Of a stretch of DNA of 15,945 bases, positions 8,272 to 15,381 are shown one piece after another. The translations under genes and the position numbers were made by a program. Below the pieces are notes generated by a model. It did not search any database and was not told the origin of the DNA. It saw only the letters and a list, made by a program, of their open reading frames with translations. Source of the DNA: a virus (lineage: Duplodnaviria > Heunggongvirae > Uroviricota > Caudoviricetes); the IMG/VR virus record IMGVR_UViG_3300015207_000448; one strand, 5' to 3'. Numbering within the stretch: position 1 is the first letter of the stretch; each line of letters opens with the position of its first letter.

Positions 8272-8436
8272 GGATCTGCGCCGATTGTTTGCCCTGCGCT
8301 CTTTTCTGGATATTGGCTTTCGGCTCTCTTCTCCGGAAGTCAGGATTGCGTACTGTTTGGGTACATCAGGTATCGGGGCCTTTGGGTGGAATGGCGAAAC
8401 AGCCATCATCGCACTAATCAGAATTTCGGGTATCAT
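8269..8436 (-). CDS. Small basic protein, 55 aa (MIPEILISAMMAVSPFHPKAP...RKERRANNRRRS)
   Basis: Manual translation, below the ORF-track cutoff. It overlaps the end of 8414..8671, and its TGA stop is the first three bases of the 16-bp motif. Confidence 0.5.
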   Translation of the reverse strand: MIPEILISAMMAVSPFHPKAPIPDVPKQYAILTSGEESRKPISRKERRANNRRRS

Positions 8437-8671
8437 AACTTTCTTCAGTTTTTTCTACTGGCAGCCAAGAGAACCGCCATTGGTGTTTGTTGGATGATTT
8501 GCTCACTATGCTCTGGAAGTCGAAGCAGACAGCATTGAACTGTCGTACTCTGAAAAACTTGTGATTGCTGCCGTCATCAGTGTAACAGTGAATGTAAATG
8601 TCCGAGCCTTGGGCCGGATATTTGGCAAACGTGTTCCAATGCAGCGACAGCAGATGTTCTTTGAAGTCCAT
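8414..8671 (-). CDS. Hypothetical protein, 85 aa
   Basis: ORF track; 1 bp from the upstream gene. Confidence 0.65.
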   Translation of the reverse strand: MDFKEHLLSLHWNTFAKYPAQGSDIYIHCYTDDGSNHKFFRVRQFNAVCFDFQSIVSKSSNKHQWRFSWLPVEKTEESYDTRNSD

Positions 8672-8672
8672 C

Positions 8673-8975
8673 TCAGATTATGAATTTGTTGTCAGGTACA
8701 ACCAAGCCCTTTCCAGGCTTCCAGCCTTTTTCAACTTTCAGCTTCTGGAATTTCTCGATAAGGTCAACCATAACCTGATCAGAAACTCTACCAAGATGGA
8801 AATACACACATCCGTCAATGTTACGGCAATCTTTGATGGTCTTTTCAGGAATTTGCATCATCATCTTCCCATTCTGCATTACCGGCTTGAAATCATAGTC
8901 GGCAAATCTGGAATCCAGTGTTACCAAGGTCAGGTTCCCGAATTTCTGGAACTCAAACGGTATCGGTCTGCTCAT
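8673..8975 (-). CDS. Hypothetical protein, 100 aa
   Basis: ORF track; operon packing. Confidence 0.75.
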   Translation of the reverse strand: MSRPIPFEFQKFGNLTLVTLDSRFADYDFKPVMQNGKMMMQIPEKTIKDCRNIDGCVYFHLGRVSDQVMVDLIEKFQKLKVEKGWKPGKGLVVPDNKFII

Positions 8976-8993
8976 TGTGTTTCAGTTTTTGAA

Positions 8994-9009
8994 AACACTG
9001 CTTTCATCA
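8994..9009 (-). repeat. 16-bp motif, copy 2
   Basis: Exact AACACTGCTTTCATCA between the wHTH stop (9012) and the ATG at 8975. Confidence 0.9.
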
Positions 9010-9011
9010 AT

Positions 9012-9593
9012 TTAATCATATTCCTCTTCCTCTGCCGGATCGTGGTCTGGGTCAAGAACGTGGGTATCGTATGCACCTTTCACATCTTCCTTGGTGAGAT
9101 TGAGGATATTGATTTTGCGTGAGGCTTTCCTGATCCGAGTGTAAATACCCAGATCTTCGCCTTCAACGAGGTCATTCAAATGTTGAATAGCTGGATAATT
9201 GAGCTTGCGGAGTCGGCCCCCACCCTTTTTCCCATTTGGGGTCTCCAGTAATAGCCCAATTTTTCTGAGAGAATAAAGACAGTTGCTAAGAGTAGGAGCA
9301 GAAATTTTCATTCTAACTGCCATCTCTTTTAACGACAATGCACAATCACCATTCTCATTGGTTTCTTCGATGATGGTGGAAAGCAACATCAATTCATTCT
9401 TGCTGAGAAAATATATCAGGACTTTGGGGAGTGGGATAACCATTCCGTCAAAAACCTCATCGGCCTCTACGGATGCAATTACCTGATACTTGACTTTAGG
9501 CAAGACTATTCTGCCTCTAAGCTGTTTTTGATCGAGCTTGATGATAATCGGCTCCGGGGGTGGGAGTTTAGCTCTATTTGGTACTCGCTTCAT
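9012..9593 (-). CDS. Winged helix-turn-helix DNA-binding protein
   Basis: 'SLKEMAVRMKISAPTLSNCLYSLRKIGLL' fits a wHTH, followed by a wing-like 'ETPNGKKGGGRLRKL'; acidic C-terminal tail. Confidence 0.75.
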   Translation of the reverse strand: MKRVPNRAKLPPPEPIIIKLDQKQLRGRIVLPKVKYQVIASVEADEVFDGMVIPLPKVLIYFLSKNELMLLSTIIEETNENGDCALSLKEMAVRMKISAPTLSNCLYSLRKIGLLLETPNGKKGGGRLRKLNYPAIQHLNDLVEGEDLGIYTRIRKASRKINILNLTKEDVKGAYDTHVLDPDHDPAEEEEYD

Positions 9594-9609
9594 GTTATGA
9601 ATTGTTCAT

Positions 9610-9625
9610 AACACTGCTTTCATCA
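9610..9625 (-). repeat. 16-bp motif, copy 3
   Basis: Exact copy 16 bp upstream of the wHTH ATG. Confidence 0.9.
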
Positions 9626-9660
9626 CGTCAGGATGTGGCAACATCCTCATTTGCAAGTTG

Positions 9661-9691
9661 CAAAATTATTAAAAATTTAAGTTCGGACAAA
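9661..9691 (-). promoter_or_regulatory. Bacteroidetes sigma-A promoter for the wHTH operon
   Basis: Minus strand TTTG (9688-9691), 19-bp spacer, TAATTTTG (9661-9668); matches the TTTG-N19-21-TAnnTTTG consensus. Confidence 0.7.
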
Positions 9692-9731
9692 ATAATGGGC
9701 GAATAATTCACCCAGTTTTAATTTTTAATAG

Positions 9732-9739
9732 TAACTTTG
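9732..9739 (+). promoter_or_regulatory. -7 promoter box TAACTTTG for the rightward gene
   Basis: Matches TAnnTTTG, 27 bp upstream of ATG 9767; no clear -33 TTTG. Confidence 0.55.
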
Positions 9740-9766
9740 CAGGTTAAAAAGACAAGACCGTTCCAG

Positions 9767-10630
9767 ATGAAAACTCTGAATCAAATATACCGATACACTT
9801 CTGATTGCCAGTTCCCAGACGAGGACTGGCAGAAAGTTCTCGCATATTGTCGCAAACGGTTTAAGGGAGGGAACATTCGTGTCTCTCAGATTCCCAAATC
9901 TACTTCAACATATCAGGAATTTCTTGATTGGATAGAGTTTGGATTTGGAGCTGGTGATTTTGTTAGCTATGGCAATACAATGGGTGTGGTCGGAAATAGC
10001 ACGCCGGCAGGAGTGATTTTAGCTGCTTATTGTGACTATGATGGAAATCTCATCGTAAATGATATGGAGGTTCTGGAGCCAGAGAGATTAAAACCTCTTG
10101 ATGAGGCCCGGATATTACAGTTGAAACGCCTCTTATTTGAGAAAGGGGTGGATTTTCATGTTCGATTTGGTAAGTTTGAGAAACTATACACCCCTAAAAA
10201 ATATTTTTATGGCACTATTGAAAACCCCAATAGTGATGAGCCAAATGTGGGTATGTTCTTAGAATCAGACAATTCCAAATATCATTTTCTGGCGTATCTG
10301 GAGGGGGATGAACTTAAAATGGATTATTGGGTGGATTCTAACTATACACCCTTAAAACCAGCATTGGAGGCTGACATAAAACGATTACACGCAGCTACAT
10401 CTAAGCAAGGTTGGTTCTATAATGAGCGGTGTCATCAATTTGTAAAAGCACCCAAAAAGGGAAAGGATAATGTGTACTGGTATCTGAATGAGAATTTTGA
10501 ACTTGTGATGGATCGGGATAATGGTTCAAAGAAGCATTTGGATAGATTTAAGGCCGGTAACTACATCTTAGACTATACTGAAGGGTTGTTCTTTATGAAG
10601 GAAGTCAAAAAGATGAGGGGGAAAGCGTAA
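9767..10630 (+). CDS. Hypothetical phage protein, about 287 aa, with an internal duplication
   Basis: Start moved to ATG 9767 because the track's TTG start lies inside the -7 box. Two 'LKP..EA.I..L......G..F' units; C-terminal 'YWYL...D...RFKAGNY' pattern typical of phage hypotheticals. Confidence 0.8.
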   Translation: MKTLNQIYRYTSDCQFPDEDWQKVLAYCRKRFKGGNIRVSQIPKSTSTYQEFLDWIEFGFGAGDFVSYGNTMGVVGNSTPAGVILAAYCDYDGNLIVNDMEVLEPERLKPLDEARILQLKRLLFEKGVDFHVRFGKFEKLYTPKKYFYGTIENPNSDEPNVGMFLESDNSKYHFLAYLEGDELKMDYWVDSNYTPLKPALEADIKRLHAATSKQGWFYNERCHQFVKAPKKGKDNVYWYLNENFELVMDRDNGSKKHLDRFKAGNYILDYTEGLFFMKEVKKMRGKA

Positions 10631-10645
10631 TGCCATCCCCCTCAT
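10613..10645. terminator. Bidirectional intrinsic terminator between convergent genes
   Basis: Perfect 10-bp stem ATGAGGGGGA / TCCCCCTCAT with an A run on the left and a T run on the right. Confidence 0.8.
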
Positions 10646-10646
10646 T

Positions 10647-11483
10647 TTATCGTTGGTCTATCGGTTTGAAAGTCTTTTTCAAGGCTACATCGTACCAATA
10701 ATCTTCTGCCTTATCAGCTGGAATTTTATCAGCAAATGATTGTTGGCCGTTAGCTTTATTCCAAGCAAGAACTTTATCATACGAAAACGCATACATTCCC
10801 ACCGGCTGTTGTCTGAGTGTGGATTTCTCATTAAGACAGCTGAGAATATCCTTCTCAGTGACGTAAAGATAATCCTTGTATTCATTTTTGAAATGGATAA
10901 AGTTGTCGTATTGGTGCTTGTTGTAGAAAAGCGCCCAACAATATACCACAATCTCCATATCGGTCAGTTGATCCCAACCATTGTTCTCATCATCTTCGGC
11001 AAGCATAATCACTTGTCTGAGATAGGTGCGATTGACTTTGGCCTGCTCTTTTGTTACCTCATAAGGTTTAAGCATAGGATCTACACGACCGCCCAGATTA
11101 AGAACCCCCTCTTTGGTCAAGGTATATTCTCCATTTTCCAATGGGAAGCTGAAGATGAGATTGAGACGCTTGTGATCATAAGCGTTTACTTTTCGGATTG
11201 AGTAATTCTTATCCCATATACGGACTTGCTTACGATTGGAAGCTGCATCATTGAAATCATCAGCAATATCCAAAACAAGACGGTCAAGGATTTTTTTCTC
11301 AATCTTGCAACCCCATATATCCTCTGGAGTAAACTCTTCGTCATCCTCCGGGGCCACAATGTCGTAGAGGCAGCTGAGAGCATAGGCTGCATGAAGCATG
11401 AATGGCTGGTCACTGATTTCCCAAGGCTCATTCATCAATGTGTCTATATCTGACACATCGTATGGCATATACTTGTTACTCAT
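10647..11483 (-). CDS. Hypothetical protein, 278 aa
   Basis: ORF track; long, acidic; no recognisable motif. Confidence 0.8.
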   Translation of the reverse strand: MSNKYMPYDVSDIDTLMNEPWEISDQPFMLHAAYALSCLYDIVAPEDDEEFTPEDIWGCKIEKKILDRLVLDIADDFNDAASNRKQVRIWDKNYSIRKVNAYDHKRLNLIFSFPLENGEYTLTKEGVLNLGGRVDPMLKPYEVTKEQAKVNRTYLRQVIMLAEDDENNGWDQLTDMEIVVYCWALFYNKHQYDNFIHFKNEYKDYLYVTEKDILSCLNEKSTLRQQPVGMYAFSYDKVLAWNKANGQQSFADKIPADKAEDYWYDVALKKTFKPIDQR

Positions 11484-11766
11484 CGTCAGGGAGGATTTTT
11501 TCTATTGCGTCGATGAGATCTGAAGCATAAGGTGAGGGATTGTTCATTGTGTTGAACACAATGAGCTTGATGATGCGATACAGTGTAGAGCCGATAGGAT
11601 TGTTCGGCTGGTGCATACAAGAGAATATCGCCTGAGCAATATTATCAGTTTCTCCGTGAGCAACGGCACCACATTGGCCATCTTTGTGAGCGATAATGAG
11701 GAAGTCTGAATCATCCCCCATAATCTGTTGTGCTTTTTTAAGCAACTCTTCAGTTTTTTGTTTCAT
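11476..11766 (-). CDS. Hypothetical protein, 96 aa
   Basis: ORF track; overlaps both neighbours. Confidence 0.75.
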   Translation of the reverse strand: MKQKTEELLKKAQQIMGDDSDFLIIAHKDGQCGAVAHGETDNIAQAIFSCMHQPNNPIGSTLYRIIKLIVFNTMNNPSPYASDLIDAIEKILPDDE

Positions 11767-12373
11767 TGGAATTTGGTTTACTGATTATACTGCTTTCATC
11801 ACTTTTTATATCCTGGAGATTGATAAAGAAACCACAATGTTCATCACCTACATTCCATTTTGGTGGAACTGTATTGAATGGGCCTCTTTCATCATTCTCC
11901 AATGCCCGGTTATATCTGAAACAATGATAGCGATCCAGACACGCACGAGCCTGACATTTCTTATTACTTTTCTTCAGTTGACGATATGCTTTCAAGGTTA
12001 TCTCTACTGCTGAGGTGGGAAGTTGTGAGGAAAATCGGTCCGGTATGGTGCCTATAACCCATATATCATTTGACTGAATAAGGGAACCGTCGGTACGCAT
12101 AAAATATCTCATCTTTCCCTTACCTCCGAGAATAAGGGTCTTATCCTTTTTGTCGGCAACCGGATGCAGACGCAGACATTTATGATTGACCACCTCCATA
12201 TATTCCGGGGGGTAAGCAATCAAATCTTCCCAGTACGCACACTCATAGCAGACACCATCTCTGACCATAATATGAGCGATACGATTTTGGGTATTGTAGT
12301 TCTGCATCCAGATTTTCTTTCCACAAAGACCACAATATTTGATTTTACTCAATATTCTGCATCTATTTTCCAT
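11750..12373 (-). CDS. Cys-rich, probable zinc-binding hypothetical protein, 207 aa
   Basis: CGLC...CYEC pair plus CxxxxCxxxxxC...HC; starts 2 bp after the recombinase stop. Confidence 0.75.
   Translation of the reverse strand: MENRCRILSKIKYCGLCGKKIWMQNYNTQNRIAHIMVRDGVCYECAYWEDLIAYPPEYMEVVNHKCLRLHPVADKKDKTLILGGKGKMRYFMRTDGSLIQSNDIWVIGTIPDRFSSQLPTSAVEITLKAYRQLKKSNKKCQARACLDRYHCFRYNRALENDERGPFNTVPPKWNVGDEHCGFFINLQDIKSDESSIISKPNSNETKN
11789..11801 (-). repeat. 13-bp core of the 16-bp motif, copy 4
   Basis: ACTGCTTTCATCA, inside the 3' end of 11750..12373 and 22 bp upstream of ATG 11766. Confidence 0.8.
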
Positions 12374-12375
12374 TC

Positions 12376-12969
12376 TTATATCTGTATAGAGTCAAAGATG
12401 TTTGATATTTCATCATTACGAATACCAAGATAAGTAATCGTAGTATCTAAGCTGGTATGCTTGAAAATACGATTGAGGTACATAAGAGTCTTTTCATCTT
12501 GACCTCCTTTATCATAGACATACCTTCCAAATGTTTTCCGAAATGTGTGAGTGCTGAAATTGTCAATATCCAGATCATATTTTACCGCCCATTTCTTTAA
12601 GGTGCGATTGATATACTGAATTGACACAGCCTTTCCCTCTTCTCCTTTTTGCCCTACAAGGATAATGTCTCTTTTGGGAGGTTTACCCATCAGTTTATAA
12701 AGAGAAGTGAAATGGTCAGAAGCATTTTGTCCGATTGGGATAACGTGAGTCTTATTGGTTTTCTTTGCCGTGATGACAATCTTTCTCTGGTCAAGCACGT
12801 CAGTCCACCTTAGTTTACATACATCAGAAAAGCGCAGCCCGGTACAAAAAGACAGGATGCAATAACAGGCCCACCAATATTTCTTTTCATCAATAAGGGT
12901 CTGAACAAGTTTTTGATAATCGGCATACGGCAGATAGTCGGCCGTAGTCACGCTTCCTTTTTTACTCAT
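12376..12969 (-). CDS. Tyrosine recombinase (phage integrase family), catalytic domain only, 197 aa
   Basis: Catalytic residues R46 (GLRFSD), K70, H141-x-x-R144 (HTFRKT), H171 and Y180 are all present; no N-terminal arm- or core-binding domain. Confidence 0.92.
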   Translation of the reverse strand: MSKKGSVTTADYLPYADYQKLVQTLIDEKKYWWACYCILSFCTGLRFSDVCKLRWTDVLDQRKIVITAKKTNKTHVIPIGQNASDHFTSLYKLMGKPPKRDIILVGQKGEEGKAVSIQYINRTLKKWAVKYDLDIDNFSTHTFRKTFGRYVYDKGGQDEKTLMYLNRIFKHTSLDTTITYLGIRNDEISNIFDSIQI

Positions 12970-12991
12970 ACAATTTTTGGTTTTGGTATCG

Positions 12992-13023
12992 CAAAATTAA
13001 TTCCAAAAAGTGAAACCACCAAA
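12992..13023 (-). promoter_or_regulatory. Bacteroidetes sigma-A promoter of the recombinase operon
   Basis: TTTG (13020-13023), 20-bp spacer, TAATTTTG (12992-12999); an AGTGAAACC site (13009-13017) sits in the spacer. Confidence 0.7.
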
Positions 13024-13156
13024 TATTTTTGTAGTTTCACTTTCTAAAAAATGTTAAACTTGACTTAAAACACTGGTAACGTGTTATCTAAGCATTTAAG
13101 GAAGTTTCACTTTTTACAATAGATACACCTTAATTATATAGGAAAGGCCATTAAAA

Positions 13157-13189
13157 AAGGAGCGTGTGCTTCTCTGCTTCACGCTCCTT
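13157..13189 (-). terminator. Intrinsic terminator after the dUTPase gene
   Basis: Perfect 10-bp stem AAGGAGCGTG / CACGCTCCTT followed by a T run on the minus strand. Confidence 0.8.
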
Positions 13190-13210
13190 AATTGTGCTGT
13201 ATGAATCGGA

Positions 13211-13672
13211 TTACTGGTGTTCCAGCTGACCAAAACCTTTAGTGCCTCGGTCTGTAGTCGTGAGTTCTGAGACAATCTCAAACGGAGTGCCAACATACTT
13301 TTTGACTACAAGCTGTGCAATTTTCTCTTTATGCTTGATGAGGAAAGGCTCTTTCTCAAAGCTCTTGATGATAACACCTACTACGCCCCTGTAATCTTCA
13401 TCCACTGTTCCAAGGATGACATCGGCATCAAGCCTCTTCTCGGTATCATGGACTTGAAGAGAATATCCTTTCATACCATTAATCGAGGAACCACTACAAG
13501 GTCTGACTTCACCCTGGGTGTGAGGGTCCAGTTCAACAGCTATGTCGAGTGGAATCATATTGCGGCCAGGATTGACCACTACGTCTTTTGGAGTAAAGAG
13601 ATCGTAGCCGGCGGCAAACTCATTTACTCGTTTGGGGGCTATTGCCCCTTCTGATAACAGAACTACTTTCAT
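13211..13672 (-). CDS. dut: Trimeric dUTPase homologue with degenerate motifs 2 and 5 (possible pseudogene)
   Basis: AGYDL, PCSG (canonical RSG), GTVDEDYRG, IAQL, RGTKGFGQLE (canonical RGxxGFGS[T/S]G). Confidence 0.85.
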   Translation of the reverse strand: MKVVLLSEGAIAPKRVNEFAAGYDLFTPKDVVVNPGRNMIPLDIAVELDPHTQGEVRPCSGSSINGMKGYSLQVHDTEKRLDADVILGTVDEDYRGVVGVIIKSFEKEPFLIKHKEKIAQLVVKKYVGTPFEIVSELTTTDRGTKGFGQLEHQ

Positions 13673-13695
13673 TTTCTATATTTAATGTTATAAGA

Positions 13696-14049
13696 TTATT
13701 TTCCTTGGGATTTCTGGAGAACAAGATATTCACTCTCCAACATTACAGAATTTTTGAGCATCTTCCGCGTAGTGTAAATCTTTCGATCGTCTCCTACAGC
13801 TTCATCAAACTCAAATAAAGTCAGTTTACCCACATCATCAGGCTCAATCTGAAAATCCGGGGGAACCACTCTCCAGTATCTTTTATTGACTGAGATAATG
13901 CTCCCATAAGCTGCTTTGATTAAGGACTGACGGATTGTGTTAGTCAAAGTGGCGGCCTCGCTTATGGATTTGAATATCGCCACCAGAATGTATGACGAAT
14001 CAAATGCCACGATTGTGGTCGGCTTATTGTTCACTTCTTGCTGCGTCAT
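13696..14049 (-). CDS. NUMOD1-like small DNA-binding protein without a nuclease domain
   Basis: 'AIFKSISEAATLT...SLIKAAYG...KRYWR' resembles the F.S..EAA...I...G...WR NUMOD1 pattern; no HNH or GIY-YIG motif. Confidence 0.55.
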   Translation of the reverse strand: MTQQEVNNKPTTIVAFDSSYILVAIFKSISEAATLTNTIRQSLIKAAYGSIISVNKRYWRVVPPDFQIEPDDVGKLTLFEFDEAVGDDRKIYTTRKMLKNSVMLESEYLVLQKSQGK

Positions 14050-14497
14050 TCTCTCTATCTTTGATTATATCGCTTAGAACGTCTGACGGCAATCTCTCAG
14101 CTGCCATACTAAATATGAAACCGTGACTGTAAGCAACTCCATCAGTTATGGCATCCACCAATATGCTGTTGAAGTACAAAAACATTTCAGGGTTCACATA
14201 AGCTATGAAGATAAAAGCTAATTCCGCATCTACCAGGATATGACCATCGGTGTTTTGATAGAAAAGTTCTGAGGTTTTCTTGTTAGCATTTTTAGTAAGG
14301 GTCTCGATAAAATGCTTATTGGCCCTCATAAACACCCGATGATCAATCGCTGGAAGTTTACTGGCTTCAAGATATGCTGTATAATCAAATACAGCTTTCT
14401 TTTCACCTAAGAATCCAAAATGCAGATCAGCTATCTCTGGAAGCAGTGTCTCGTCAGTTGTTACTTTCTCTTTGAGGATAGTTGTCTTGTAATCCAT
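14024..14497 (-). CDS. Possible divergent KilA-N-like DNA-binding protein
   Basis: 'GHILVDAELAFIFIAYVNPEMFLYFNSILVDAITDG' resembles the KilA-N G.W....LA..FA.WLSP.F..W segment. Confidence 0.5.
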   Translation of the reverse strand: MDYKTTILKEKVTTDETLLPEIADLHFGFLGEKKAVFDYTAYLEASKLPAIDHRVFMRANKHFIETLTKNANKKTSELFYQNTDGHILVDAELAFIFIAYVNPEMFLYFNSILVDAITDGVAYSHGFIFSMAAERLPSDVLSDIIKDRENDAARSEQ

Positions 14498-14502
14498 AGC
14501 GT

Positions 14503-14922
14503 TTACTCAAACACATCCATAACTTTGGTTTCTGTGATGCTGGCAACTTCAAAGTCTGCGACCGTGCCCTTCATGCCTTTCATAAAGTTGTCGAGAGCAC
14601 TACGGAAATCGTATGCCTGAACCATATAGTAGGTCGGGGCCAACTTCTCAGTGTTGGTCTTTTCATCAATGTGAATGAAATTGGCTTTAACCTTATACCA
14701 GCGATCGCCATTGGGATCATAGAAGATTTCAGACACATTGGACTTAGTAACGGCAGCCACTGAGAACTCTCCTGAAATGTAAGGTGTCACTTCCTTAGTG
14801 ACACGAGCTTCAGCTTCTGTAAAAGAATCGGCCTTCACGAGATATGGCTCAACAACGTCTTTGATTTTGCCATTCTCTAATTGTTTCTTGAATCGAACTT
14901 TCGCTTCAATGTAAGCTAACAT
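14503..14922 (-). CDS. DUF4494 family protein
   Basis: 'EPYLVKADSFTEAEARV...PYISGEF...DRWYKVK...GMKGTVADFEVASITETKVMDV' matches the Bacteroidales DUF4494 pattern. Confidence 0.85.
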   Translation of the reverse strand: MLAYIEAKVRFKKQLENGKIKDVVEPYLVKADSFTEAEARVTKEVTPYISGEFSVAAVTKSNVSEIFYDPNGDRWYKVKANFIHIDEKTNTEKLAPTYYMVQAYDFRSALDNFMKGMKGTVADFEVASITETKVMDVFE

Positions 14923-14955
14923 ATAAATGGGATTTGAATAATGAACTGCGGATAA

Positions 14956-15222
14956 TCATTTGATCTCATCGAGATTTATGTAGAAAGCATTGTCAGGAAC
15001 TTTCTCCGGACCAATGGCCCTGGGGAATTTGTATAGTTCCCAACTATAACTGGTATATCGCTTGAAATAATAAGTATCATAACTGACACCAATCTTCAGG
15101 CAGATATTACAGCTTTCAGTCGGTGGGTTATTCTTCAGGTTTTTCCAATTTGTCATTTGACTGTAGTATTTGTGAGTTGTTTCGATGTACTCCTTTTTAT
15201 AATAGTATTGGGTGTATAGCAA
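14956..15222 (-). CDS. Hypothetical protein; start uncertain (15222 or ATG 15156)
   Basis: ORF track; 'MTNWKNLKNNPP..S' resembles phage W.....P N-termini. Confidence 0.55.
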   Translation of the reverse strand: MLYTQYYYKKEYIETTHKYYSQMTNWKNLKNNPPTESCNICLKIGVSYDTYYFKRYTSYSWELYKFPRAIGPEKVPDNAFYINLDEIK

Positions 15223-15381
15223 GATTAAGCAAAGTGAAACATCGCTACCTATATTGTGCTGAATATCAACAATAAAAAAGTTGAAAATTTTTTATTTCAC
15301 CTGTGTACTTGCCGAATTTGTGGTGTTCAGGGTTTCCCCAACCCACTGTACAGTAAGACTATTACCAATAAAATCAAGATT

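Noticed and set aside
8200-8272. Hammerhead ribozyme or box C/D kink-turn suggested by CTGATGA/TGATGA in the 16-bp motif
   Set aside because: No stem II followed by GAAA and no consistent box D partner across copies.
7439-8538. Plus-strand ORFs 7439..7813, 7504..7722, 7949..8212, 8025..8417, 8245..8538
   Set aside because: Low-complexity translations of the GC core and T tract, or antisense shadows of minus-strand genes.
8256-11801. CRISPR array from the 16-bp repeats
   Set aside because: Repeats are too short and are separated by 0.6-2.2 kb of genes; no cas genes.
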